The notes beneath the pieces were generated by a model, which ran no database searches, was not told the origin of the DNA, and worked only from the letters and a program-made list of their open reading frames with translations. A stretch of 64,000 bases of DNA from an uncultured Candidatus Saccharibacteria bacterium (GTDB lineage: Bacteria; Patescibacteriota; Minisyncoccia; Phycocordibacterales; PALSA-1337). The position numbers and the translations under genes were made by a program. Numbering within the stretch: the stretch's first letter is position 1; each line of letters begins with the position of its first letter. Of the stretch, positions 8,663-17,868 are shown piece by piece. The stretch is taken from contig CAZVQB010000001.1 of NCBI GenBank assembly GCA_964629235.1, positions 4,431 through 68,430 on the forward strand. Reading direction: 5' to 3'.

Positions 8663-9683
8663 TTATTTGATTTCTACTTTTGATGGTTTGGGCGATGGAG
8701 TTATTTACTATCCAATTATTAGGTCTGTTGCAGAAGGCAATCCACGAAATCTATTTTATTGTGCGACAAACTTATTTTTTTCTGATAAAGACATATTAGA
8801 AAAACTAGACTTACCAAAAAATATCAAATTCGTTACTGAAGAATTTAGAAAGTTTCCAGAAGAAAACTATAATTATATATTAAACTTTTTATCTGAAAAT
8901 AATATAAAAAAAATAATAAATTTGAGATTTATCGGTAGAGATTTTGAAAAAGGCTACTTCAAATTCAAAGATCATGCAGAATCTAATAATCTAGATTTAA
9001 ATTTTTATGATAGTGAAAATATTTCTTTTTTTGAGAGCAACCATAACGCTCGGTCTGTGGTTTTAAAGATATTTGAAAATACCCTCGGTGGTGAAATTAA
9101 ATACAATGAATTTATACTGAAAACTATTTTCCCAGTATCTGATGATTCCGATGCTATTTTTATAAATATGCACTCAAGAGGCGATTTTAAATTATGGAAT
9201 ATCAATAAATGGTCTGAAGTTATCTCATCAATGGTTTTTTATGGTAAGAAGGTTTATGTTTATGACGGTTATGATGAAAAGGAAAAGGAATATACACGAA
9301 AAGTATTTGATAACTTAAGCCAAATCGTGAAAGGTAAAATTAATCTTTTGGTTGATAGTAATTTATTAGATTTGATATCTACTCTACAAAAGGCCAAATT
9401 GTTAATCTCAGTTGATTCTGGATTAATACATTTGGCTGATGCTGTCGGAGTCGAGTCTATAGGTATTTATCTAACCACCTCTCCTAGAATGTGGGGAGGT
9501 GTAACTGAAAAATTTCATTTTGTACAAAGTCTCCACATGAGAAATTGCAAAAAATTCTATAAACAATTTGGTATGTGTATGAATGGTAAGAAAAAATGCG
9601 AAGAGATTGAGGGTGAGAGTGACGATATAGACATTCATGAAATTTTTAATATAGTTAATAATATCTATGAAAAAGAAAATTAA
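8637..9683 (+). CDS. Glycosyltransferase family 9 (heptosyltransferase-like)
   Basis: N-terminal DGLGDGV, KLW motif, LISVDSGLIHLADAVG. Confidence 0.85.
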   Translation: MKLNNHQHNYLISTFDGLGDGVIYYPIIRSVAEGNPRNLFYCATNLFFSDKDILEKLDLPKNIKFVTEEFRKFPEENYNYILNFLSENNIKKIINLRFIGRDFEKGYFKFKDHAESNNLDLNFYDSENISFFESNHNARSVVLKIFENTLGGEIKYNEFILKTIFPVSDDSDAIFINMHSRGDFKLWNINKWSEVISSMVFYGKKVYVYDGYDEKEKEYTRKVFDNLSQIVKGKINLLVDSNLLDLISTLQKAKLLISVDSGLIHLADAVGVESIGIYLTTSPRMWGGVTEKFHFVQSLHMRNCKKFYKQFGMCMNGKKKCEEIEGESDDIDIHEIFNIVNNIYEKEN

Positions 9684-11505
9684 GCTAGCAGTTTTTGTTG
9701 ATGGAGATTTTATACCATCATATGATGGTGCTTCTAACCGATTTCACTATTTATCTAGGTATTTATCAAAACAAGGTATTGACCTGACTATATTTCATGG
9801 GTATAGAGGTTGGTCTAATATCTCTTTAATAAAAAAAGAGCCCTTTAAGACATACGTTTTTCCGATAGATAATTACTACAATAATCTTGAATTAATAGCA
9901 TCAATTTTGATTAAGGAAGGAGTAAACATTATTCAATTTGATAATCTTGAACCAATTCTCTTACAGGGAATTAAATTATCAAAACTTACTGGCGCTAAAT
10001 TGGTTAGCGAGATGCATTATGTGGTAAGAAGTTTGGCGAAAAGATTAGGCGCAGATAATGAGAGGCTATCTGAGATAGAGAAAATAGAATATGAAGTTGG
10101 TAAAAATATTGATCATTTAATATGTCTGAGTGAGCAAGATAAACCGTCTTTGATTAAGTATTTAAATATAGATGCTGATAAAGTATCGGTTATTCCTAGC
10201 GGGGTAGATATTAATGAGATTAAATACTTTGTTTCAGATTTTAAATCCAGAAATATTGTTTTTCTGGGGAATCTATATTTCAAACCCAATGAGGATGCGG
10301 TTAGGATTATAAAGGAAAAAGTATATCCAAAATTAAAAGATCAAGGTTTTAAATTTACTGTTGGAGGTGATTGTCCTCCGGATATTCAAAAAGAATTAAC
10401 TGATAAAAATTTTACTTTCATAGGCACAGTTCCTAATCTTAATGATTTGTTTAAGAATGCAACTTTTGCTCTGGCCCCCATTTTTGAAGGAACTGGTATG
10501 CGTATTAAATTATTGAATTATTTAGCTGCTGGTATCCCTGTTATAACTACGTCGATTGCTACAAATGGCTTTAACCAAAAAGAAGCTTTTATTGTTGAAG
10601 ACGATGTCTCAAAATACGCAGACATTATTCTAGATTTAGTTAATGATAAGAGGAAATTAAAAAATGTATCTAAAAGAGGACATAAGATTATTAAGAAATT
10701 TTATGATTGGAAAATTGTTGCTAAAAGAACAATTAAGACTTATAAAAATATTTTAAAAGAAAGAAATGTAGAAAAATTTGGTAACCATAGTATATTGAAA
10801 ACTAAAGAACCGGTATGGCTCCAAGAAGCTGTTGCCAAGCAAAGATTTAAACAGATTAAGAATCCTAGTCTACCAAAAGATTTTTCATATTGTGTTATAG
10901 AAAATAATTATATTAAAGATTATACTCTTAAAAAAATAGTTGCTTTGGAAGGTATGCCTGGTGCAGGTAAGACTACTTTTATAAATAGTTATGTAAAAAA
11001 TAATGGTAATATAAAATTCTTACCACAACTAGAGATTAAAAATAGAAAGATTTTAGAGAGAGATAATTTGGAAACAACTAAAATGTTTTTGTCTGCTGAA
11101 AAAGAAAAAAGTGATCTTATTAATCAAATTGCAAAAGAAAATAAGGAAATTGTAATTGATCGAACATTTTTAACTACCTTGGCATATTGTTATGCTAGGT
11201 CGAAAAAACTTAAAAATGATGAATACTCAAAGTTGATAGAGTTTTATAATAAGATTAAAGAAGATATCACTTTCCCTACAAAATTAATTTTCTTAGATGT
11301 TGAGAATAAAAGGAGTCTAGAAAGGAGAAGGCGATTTGCTAATAACCCCGATTACTCTAATTGGTTTGATGAAGAATTTTTAAATCATATGCGCGAATTT
11401 TATAAAAAAGAAATATCCAAATTTATTAACATAAAAGTTGATTATGTCGATACAACAAGTATGTCTATAGAAGAAGTTAGCAATACATTAAAAGAAATTA
11501 TATGA
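9667..11505 (+). CDS. Fusion of GT4 glycosyltransferase and thymidylate/deoxynucleoside kinase-like P-loop domain
   Basis: GT-B motifs VIPSGVD, GTGMRIKLLNYLAAGIPVITT, YDWK; then VALEGMPGAGKTT, IDRTFLTTLAY, PTKLIFLDV. Confidence 0.85.
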   Translation: MKKKIKLAVFVDGDFIPSYDGASNRFHYLSRYLSKQGIDLTIFHGYRGWSNISLIKKEPFKTYVFPIDNYYNNLELIASILIKEGVNIIQFDNLEPILLQGIKLSKLTGAKLVSEMHYVVRSLAKRLGADNERLSEIEKIEYEVGKNIDHLICLSEQDKPSLIKYLNIDADKVSVIPSGVDINEIKYFVSDFKSRNIVFLGNLYFKPNEDAVRIIKEKVYPKLKDQGFKFTVGGDCPPDIQKELTDKNFTFIGTVPNLNDLFKNATFALAPIFEGTGMRIKLLNYLAAGIPVITTSIATNGFNQKEAFIVEDDVSKYADIILDLVNDKRKLKNVSKRGHKIIKKFYDWKIVAKRTIKTYKNILKERNVEKFGNHSILKTKEPVWLQEAVAKQRFKQIKNPSLPKDFSYCVIENNYIKDYTLKKIVALEGMPGAGKTTFINSYVKNNGNIKFLPQLEIKNRKILERDNLETTKMFLSAEKEKSDLINQIAKENKEIVIDRTFLTTLAYCYARSKKLKNDEYSKLIEFYNKIKEDITFPTKLIFLDVENKRSLERRRRFANNPDYSNWFDEEFLNHMREFYKKEISKFINIKVDYVDTTSMSIEEVSNTLKEII

Positions 11506-12401
11506 AAGATATAAGTGTTATTATTCCAACATACCAACATAAAGATAGAGACATTCATCTGGGACTACTTCTCGACACCCTCCTAGTTGAAAGTAATCTA
11601 AAATATATTAATGAAATCTTAATCATAGACAATGGGTGTGCTTTAGATGGAAGTTCATTTGAAACTCAAAGTGCAGAAATAAAAATAATTAAAGAGCCTT
11701 TATTAGGTTTAAATAATGCTAGAAATTGTGGAATTTCTAATGCTAGTGGATTTATATTTGCTTTTCTAGATGACGATGTAACTGTTTCTAAGGATTGGTC
11801 TAAAGGAATATATAATGGATATAACAATAGAGGTGTTTTATGTGTTGGTGGCTCCGTCTCGTTGGGTGAGTATAATCTGAAATTGCCAAATTGGTTATCT
11901 GATTATTTCAAAAGGTTTTTGTTTCCTCCGAATTTTCCAGAAAATTCTGGAATACTAAAATTGCCATATTATTTGATTGGTGCAAATATGTCTTTCAAAA
12001 AGGAGGTCTTTGATAAATTTGGTCTATTTAATTCAGAACTGGATCGTAAAGGCAATAATCTATTATCCAATGGAGATACTGAATTTATTATTAGATTACC
12101 CACACAGTCTATATGGTATTCAGATGAAGCTCGAGTATCTACAATTGTAAAAATAGATAGATTTACCAGATTTTTTATGATTAAAAGATTATTTTGGCAA
12201 GGAATATCAGACTATATTATGGTTAAAGAAAATGGTACTTCTAATTTCTATGATAAGAATGAGATATTTTTCAGTAATAAATTTTTAAAGATATTTTTTC
12301 ATAAATTAGTCACACTCAAACTTTTTGAAGTTTTTTGTATTGTAGTTAGAATTGTGGGATTTCGTATGGGAATTTTTTATATTAAAGAAAAGAGGGGGTA
12401 G
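11502..12401 (+). CDS. Glycosyltransferase family 2
   Basis: ISVIIPTY, IIDNG, GLNNARNCG, AFLDDD, GANMSF. Confidence 0.9.
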   Translation: MKDISVIIPTYQHKDRDIHLGLLLDTLLVESNLKYINEILIIDNGCALDGSSFETQSAEIKIIKEPLLGLNNARNCGISNASGFIFAFLDDDVTVSKDWSKGIYNGYNNRGVLCVGGSVSLGEYNLKLPNWLSDYFKRFLFPPNFPENSGILKLPYYLIGANMSFKKEVFDKFGLFNSELDRKGNNLLSNGDTEFIIRLPTQSIWYSDEARVSTIVKIDRFTRFFMIKRLFWQGISDYIMVKENGTSNFYDKNEIFFSNKFLKIFFHKLVTLKLFEVFCIVVRIVGFRMGIFYIKEKRG

Positions 12402-12408
12402 AATCTTT

Positions 12409-12972
12409 CTACCCCCTCTTGATGATCTTGAGTATTTCGTTGACGGCGTTTTGAGGACCATCGACGGTATCGTCAATATGGTGTTGTATTCGTTTTTTAA
12501 ATTCCACAAGGCACCGACGCTCCATCTCTTGTCGAAGATTGAATTTCTCCATGTCCTTGACTGGTCCACCACGGCTGTAAAGTCGTTGTTGTCGCTTTTC
12601 TTCGTCACAAACTATCAGGAAAACATAGTCCGGCATGCGACAAAGGTGCTCGAAAGTTTCCTTGATATCGAGCCCATACACTGTGTGATAGCATATAGTC
12701 GACCAGATGTACTTATCACAGACAACGCTTTGGGTTTCCAGGGTCCTGCTAATCTCCCAGGAGGCATGTGCCACCGAAGAGAGATAAAACAAAAATCTGG
12801 ATCCTAGCGAAAGCCTGAGATCAGCCTCTTCCCGCATCTTACTGAATGGTGCGGGGGGAGTGGCGTAGTACTTGGCTGGTAGTTGTTGAGCCAACATCTT
12901 GGAAACTTCCGTCTTGCCGCTACCAGAAATACCTTCGATCACAATGAACAAGTTTGGATTTTTCTGATCCAT
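12409..12972 (-). CDS. Thymidylate-kinase-like (dTMP/CMPK2-like) nucleotide kinase
   Basis: FIVIEGISGSGKT, RFLFY, VVCDKYIWSTICY, PDYVFLI; SD AAAGGAG upstream; visibly GC-richer than neighbours. Confidence 0.85.
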   Translation of the reverse strand: MDQKNPNLFIVIEGISGSGKTEVSKMLAQQLPAKYYATPPAPFSKMREEADLRLSLGSRFLFYLSSVAHASWEISRTLETQSVVCDKYIWSTICYHTVYGLDIKETFEHLCRMPDYVFLIVCDEEKRQQRLYSRGGPVKDMEKFNLRQEMERRCLVEFKKRIQHHIDDTVDGPQNAVNEILKIIKRG

Positions 12973-13001
12973 TTCATACTCCTTTCTGGTTAGGTGTCTT
13001 C

Positions 13002-13034
13002 CATAACTATATAACTAATATAGTTATGTGTCAA
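13002..13034 (-). promoter_or_regulatory. Promoter with overlapping palindrome (possible operator)
   Basis: Minus strand TTGACA-17-TATAGT overlapped by inverted repeat CATAACTATA-N7-TATAGTTATG. Confidence 0.55.
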
Positions 13035-13039
13035 TTTTA

Positions 13040-13555
13040 TTAAAAATAAGATTCTAACTTTTTTGTTAAATCGTATAGTTGATCTTTCCCAGCTAGTCCT
13101 TCGCAGTGTTCAAGAAATGTTCTAATGCTAGTAATATATTTGTCGTTATTAACGAACTTAGGAAACAGATGCTGTTCATTTCTTGCGTATATTTTTATAA
13201 AATTTCTCATATGGGAGGTAAAATCAGCCATCTTTATTAATTTACCGCCATTAGATATGGTTTTGATCCCTTCGTAATATTTAAGTTTTTGTTGTTCGTT
13301 ATAGTTTTTAGGGTGAGATACTTCTTGAACCATATCTGCTACTTCTCTTGAAAAATTTTCGGTTATTTCTTCATATGTTGCTGAAGTGTCTTCGAGCGTA
13401 TCGTGCAGTAATCCAGCTATTAAGACAGTTTCATCTTGGACTTCAAATTCATCTCTTAAAATTTGAAATACATCTAGAAAGTGATTCTTTTTGCTGATTT
13501 CTTCGAATTTTTTTGTTGCATATTCTTTTGCTAATTCTATTTTTGTGTGGTCCAT
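13040..13555 (-). CDS. HD-domain hydrolase, Mesh1/small alarmone hydrolase-like
   Basis: AGLLHDTLEDT, FSREVADMVQEVS, LIKMAD motifs of RSH-type HD domains. Confidence 0.8.
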   Translation of the reverse strand: MDHTKIELAKEYATKKFEEISKKNHFLDVFQILRDEFEVQDETVLIAGLLHDTLEDTSATYEEITENFSREVADMVQEVSHPKNYNEQQKLKYYEGIKTISNGGKLIKMADFTSHMRNFIKIYARNEQHLFPKFVNNDKYITSIRTFLEHCEGLAGKDQLYDLTKKLESYF

Positions 13556-13605
13556 ATAATTTATATTGATTGTTTTTTTAAGATATTTTAACTATTATAT
13601 GAGTT

Positions 13606-14385
13606 ATGTCAGATATAGTAAATATATATAGGAAAAATACCACAAATACTGGAGATAAGTTTTCTACTCCAACAAAATATTTTGATTTTTTGAAAGATGT
13701 TGAAACTTTAGATTTCACTGAATTACCCAGAGAAGAGTTGGCTAAATATATAAAAGATAAGATTGTCATATTTGGCGGGGGTGGCTTTCTAGAACAAGAA
13801 TATTTTAAAGAATATATGAAGACTTTATTAGGAGCTGATACGAAAATGCTAGTTGGTTGGGGGGTAGGACATAACATTCATGGAGTTTCAGATGTACTGT
13901 TTAATTCTTATGATTACAAAAAAGAATTTGATCTGCTGGGTGTTAGAGACAGTGTTTCAGAAATGGATTGGGTTCCTTGTTCTAGTTGTATGCATGATGC
14001 ATTTGATAAAAAATATGAAATAAAAAATAAAATTGCAATTTATGAACATAAAAACTTTCCACTAAGAAGAATGAATCAGGATTTCCCAAAAATGAAAAAT
14101 GGGGATTCTTTCGAGGAGATTATAGAGTTTTTAGGTAGTGCAGAACTTGTCGTTACTAATAGTTATCATGGTGCTTATTGGGCAACCTTACTAGGGCGCA
14201 GGGTCATCGTCATGCAACCATTTTCTTCTAAATTTTTTAGTTTTAAACACCCATTAGTTGTTGCTAATAATTTTGATGTAAAAAATATTGAAAATATGCC
14301 GATGTATCCGAACGCTTTGGAAGAGGCAAGGGAAGCAAATCTATTATTTTCCGAGAAGGTTTCCCAATTGTTAAAACTAAGTTAG
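13606..14385 (+). CDS. Polysaccharide pyruvyl transferase-like protein
   Basis: NTGD, IFGGGG, GWGVG, LGVRD, VTNSYHG motifs. Confidence 0.75.
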   Translation: MSDIVNIYRKNTTNTGDKFSTPTKYFDFLKDVETLDFTELPREELAKYIKDKIVIFGGGGFLEQEYFKEYMKTLLGADTKMLVGWGVGHNIHGVSDVLFNSYDYKKEFDLLGVRDSVSEMDWVPCSSCMHDAFDKKYEIKNKIAIYEHKNFPLRRMNQDFPKMKNGDSFEEIIEFLGSAELVVTNSYHGAYWATLLGRRVIVMQPFSSKFFSFKHPLVVANNFDVKNIENMPMYPNALEEAREANLLFSEKVSQLLKLS

Positions 14386-14394
14386 TAAAACGGA

Positions 14395-15129
14395 ATGAAA
14401 ATAATTTCTCTAAATACTTGGGGTGGTCGAGTAAAGGAACCTTTTATTGACTTTGTAAAGAAGTACAACAATACAGATATATTTTGTTTTCAGGAAATAT
14501 ATGACAATGCCGAAGAAATAATGAAGAGGCATTATCCGGAAGATTCTTTTAATATATTTAGTGAACTTAAAGAATTACTACCTAATCACAATGGTTTCTT
14601 TCGACCAGTTCTACAAGGAGTATACGGTTTGGCTATTTTTATTAAAAAGGAGATTCTTCTTTTGGAGGAGGGTGAAATTTTCATCCATCGTTCTGATAGT
14701 AAATTAGTAACAGATGGACATCATTCAAGAAATCTTCAATGGGTTAAATTTAGTTTTAAAAATGAACTATTTACTGTTATGAACGTACACGGATTATGGA
14801 ATGGAAAAGGTAAAACAGATACTCCAGAAAGAATTGCACAATCAAACTTGATAAAGGAGTTTGTTAATAAAGCAGAAGGTAAGAAAATATTGGTAGGAGA
14901 TTTTAACCTAAATCCTGATACTGAAAGTGTTAGGATTTTGGCAAAAGATATGAAAAATCTCATAGAAGAATATTCAATAGTTTCAACTCGTACCAGTCTG
15001 TACAAAAGACCTGGTAAATTTGCAGATTATATTTTTGTTTCTCCTGATGTCGATGTGAATAATTTTACAGTATTACCAGACGAGGTTTCTGACCACGCCG
15101 CTCTTTCTTTAGAGCTAAAATTGGTTTAA
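14395..15129 (+). CDS. Endonuclease/exonuclease/phosphatase (EEP) family protein
   Basis: ISLNTW, DIFCFQE, GDFN, DYIF, SDH motifs. Confidence 0.9.
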   Translation: MKIISLNTWGGRVKEPFIDFVKKYNNTDIFCFQEIYDNAEEIMKRHYPEDSFNIFSELKELLPNHNGFFRPVLQGVYGLAIFIKKEILLLEEGEIFIHRSDSKLVTDGHHSRNLQWVKFSFKNELFTVMNVHGLWNGKGKTDTPERIAQSNLIKEFVNKAEGKKILVGDFNLNPDTESVRILAKDMKNLIEEYSIVSTRTSLYKRPGKFADYIFVSPDVDVNNFTVLPDEVSDHAALSLELKLV

Positions 15130-15170
15130 ACTTCGTACTATACAGTCAGCAAATAAGTTATACTCTAAAT

Positions 15171-15608
15171 ATGAAAAATTTACCTTCAGAAATTCTTGAA
15201 TATCTTAAGACCCAACGAATTGGAGTTTTTGCAATTGAGATGTTGGACGGCTCACCTCATGCTGCAACTGTACACTTTGCACATGCAGAAAATCCATTTC
15301 AATTTTACATCGAGACTGGCATCAATTGTAGAAAAAGTGAACCACTTTTAAAAAATAGTTCTGCGCGGGCGACACTTGTTATCGGTACTGATGAGAATAA
15401 TATGAAGACTCTACAAATGGACGGAATTGCACGTATTGTTAAAGATTCAGAAAACGATTTCTTTATAGACACTTATCTTAAAAAATTTCCAAGCAAAGAA
15501 GGTAAAGTAAAAGATCCTGAAGCAGTTTACATTATTTTTACTCCTACGTGGTATCGATTCACTGACTGGAAAACTTCAGAAGGGAAGAAGATTTGGATTT
15601 CGAACTAG
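15171..15608 (+). CDS. Pyridoxamine 5'-phosphate oxidase-like FMN-binding split-barrel protein
   Basis: DGSPHAATVHF, RK...L.N, LQMDGIARIV pattern. Confidence 0.75.
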   Translation: MKNLPSEILEYLKTQRIGVFAIEMLDGSPHAATVHFAHAENPFQFYIETGINCRKSEPLLKNSSARATLVIGTDENNMKTLQMDGIARIVKDSENDFFIDTYLKKFPSKEGKVKDPEAVYIIFTPTWYRFTDWKTSEGKKIWISN

Positions 15609-15675
15609 GTTCTAGCTTATTAAACATTTTTGCAATATAATAAAAATAGAAACCATATTCTAAAGGATTCACCAA

Positions 15676-15909
15676 ATGAAAAAAGCTCTTACTGCTATCG
15701 GGATGTTGTATGTTCTTGTTGGTATGTTCATTGCAACCGATCTCAACCCTTTGCTTTACTGGAGCTGGTATCGTAACGGTGTGAACGAGTTGCTCAATAC
15801 CATGTTTAGTATTTATCCAGCATTACCACTTCTGTAGCTCATATCGATATTCATTGTCGCGAATATCGTGACATTCTCAAAAGAAGTAAAGCGATTAATA
15901 CTTACTTAA
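15676..15909 (+). pseudogene. Small membrane protein interrupted by TAG (53 aa; 77 aa if read through)
   Basis: SD AAAGGA; MKKALTAIGMLYVLVGMFIA...PALPLL*LISIFIVANIVTFSKEVKRLILT*; terminator 15924-15954. Confidence 0.45.
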
Positions 15910-15970
15910 AATGCGATAGAATTAAACCACCCCGCATAAACTGAGGTGGTTTTTCTGTTATAATTACCGC

Positions 15971-16429
15971 ATGCAAAAAATTCATTTTTCAATACAAATA
16001 AACGCTAAAAAGGAAAAGGTGTGGGATATTATGTTAAATGACACAACATACAGAGAATGGACGAAACCTTTTCATGAAGGTTCGTATTACAAGGGAGACT
16101 GGAGTGAAGGATCAAAGATGCTTTTCTTAGGCCCAGATGAGACAGGTAAAAAAGAGGGAGGTATGGTTAGTAGAATAAAAGAGAATCGTAAATATGAATT
16201 TATTTCTGTTGAACATTTAGGTTTCGTGATGGATGGCATTGAAGATACAACAAGTGAAGATGTTAAAAAATGGACCCCTGCTTTCGAGAATTATACATTT
16301 ATAGATAAGGGCGGTGGTACAGAATTAAATATTGATATGGAAGTAGCAAATGATGAATTTAAAACTATGTTTGAAGAAACATGGCCAAAAGCGCTTTTGG
16401 AATTAAAAAGGGTTGTAGAAAGATCATAA
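15971..16429 (+). CDS. SRPBCC/START-fold protein
   Basis: INAKKEKVW, YREWT, GDWSEGS, GMVSRI, AFENYTF, TWPKAL. Confidence 0.85.
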   Translation: MQKIHFSIQINAKKEKVWDIMLNDTTYREWTKPFHEGSYYKGDWSEGSKMLFLGPDETGKKEGGMVSRIKENRKYEFISVEHLGFVMDGIEDTTSEDVKKWTPAFENYTFIDKGGGTELNIDMEVANDEFKTMFEETWPKALLELKRVVERS

Positions 16430-16539
16430 TGTAGTTTCACAATAAAAAATATAAACACACTTTGACTAGTGTGTTTTAATATGGTATTTTATGTATGAAT
16501 TTTTAGTTCTTCAGACATAAACCCATAGAAAAACTTACA

Positions 16540-17256
16540 ATGACGACAAGTGAACTCAGTTGGAACAAGGTTTCGTTTTTGGCCAAACTGCAGTTATATT
16601 TCAAATCAACGAATGACTTTAAAATGAAGGTATGGTCAGCAAATATTCTTGAACGTGCCGAAGCCTATTCCGCACTGTCTAGTTGCTATTATAGTATAGT
16701 TGGAACTGGAATAGCACATTTCAAAAACATCTTCAGAGATGATTGGAAATTTTTCTTATTTCCAGTGCTGACTGTGATTTGGTTTTTAACATGGTTTCCA
16801 TTAGTGCTTGGATGTTATATAAATATGCTTCGCTATTCGAACCAGGTAGTGAAGCTTATTGGTTACGACACCATGACAGTTGATCAGCTTGATATTCGAC
16901 AGAGTATACTACGTTGTACCTTTCAATATAAAGAGGCGAAATCTTGTATATATTTAGCACTTAAGAAAAATCCTGAAAAACCACATACAAGAGGATTGCT
17001 AAATGTTGGACTTGCAGAAATCCTTATAAAAGATGGTGATAGGATGAGCGCGAAATTTGAGTTGGCGCGTGCTGTAACTGAAGCCAAAGTTTCAGAAGAA
17101 GATAATCCCCAACAAGCTGTGCGTATTTACAGACATTGCGCAAGATTATACTTCAGACTTAATGATAACTTCATAATAGATGGGGAACTTTGTCTTCATA
17201 AAGCAAGAACTATTGCTTTAAAAATTGAAGCCATGGACCAAGTGATCAAAATGTAA
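16540..17256 (+). CDS. Hypothetical membrane protein with TPR-like helices
   Basis: One TM segment, then helical repeats; own terminator 17261-17293. Confidence 0.6.
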   Translation: MTTSELSWNKVSFLAKLQLYFKSTNDFKMKVWSANILERAEAYSALSSCYYSIVGTGIAHFKNIFRDDWKFFLFPVLTVIWFLTWFPLVLGCYINMLRYSNQVVKLIGYDTMTVDQLDIRQSILRCTFQYKEAKSCIYLALKKNPEKPHTRGLLNVGLAEILIKDGDRMSAKFELARAVTEAKVSEEDNPQQAVRIYRHCARLYFRLNDNFIIDGELCLHKARTIALKIEAMDQVIKM

Positions 17257-17330
17257 ATCTCGCCTCGTGTTTTATACACGGGGCGGTTTTTTTATTTTGT
17301 TTATATTTTAAAGCATTATAGAATAGCAAT

Positions 17331-17813
17331 ATGAATACAATACCCAAAAATACAATTTGTTTATGGTTTGATAAAGATGCAGAAGAAGCAGCAAATTTTT
17401 ATGCTTCTGTTTTTCCTGATAGTAAAGTAAATGCAATTTTTCGTGCGCCAGATGATTTCCCAGGTGGAAAGAAAGGTGATGTACTCACGGTAGATTTTAC
17501 CGTTTGCGGAATTCCTTGTATTGGTTTAAATGGTGGACCGATTTTTCCACACAGCGAAGCCTTTTCTTTTCAAATAGCTACTGACAATCAAGAGGAGACT
17601 GATAGATATTGGAATGCAATAGTATCAAATGGAGGAAAAGAGAGTGAATGCGGTTGGTGCAAGGATAAATACGGTATATCTTGGCAGATAACACCGAGAA
17701 CTCTAATTGAAGCGTTGGCAATAGGTGGTAGTGAAGCTGAACGGGCCTTTAAAGCAATGATGACTATGAGTAAAATCGATGTGGCGGTTATAGATAAAGC
17801 TAGGAGAGGGTAG
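17331..17813 (+). CDS. VOC family protein (PhnB/3-demethylubiquinone-9 3-MT-like)
   Basis: CLWFD.DAEEAANFY, LNGGP, QEETDRYW, CGWCKDKYGISWQI. Confidence 0.93.
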   Translation: MNTIPKNTICLWFDKDAEEAANFYASVFPDSKVNAIFRAPDDFPGGKKGDVLTVDFTVCGIPCIGLNGGPIFPHSEAFSFQIATDNQEETDRYWNAIVSNGGKESECGWCKDKYGISWQITPRTLIEALAIGGSEAERAFKAMMTMSKIDVAVIDKARRG

Positions 17814-17868
17814 ATTTGTAACAAGATCGATACTTGAATAATGTCACCACTTGATATAACCTAGCGTA

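Noticed and set aside
12352-12807. 151-aa + strand ORF
   Set aside because: Antisense shadow of the kinase gene, which carries the motifs, SD and promoter
7917-15909. Alternative genetic code or stop-codon recoding
   Set aside because: Internal stops are of three types (TAA, TGA, TAG) and only in accessory remnants; core genes are intact in code 11 and some end in TGA
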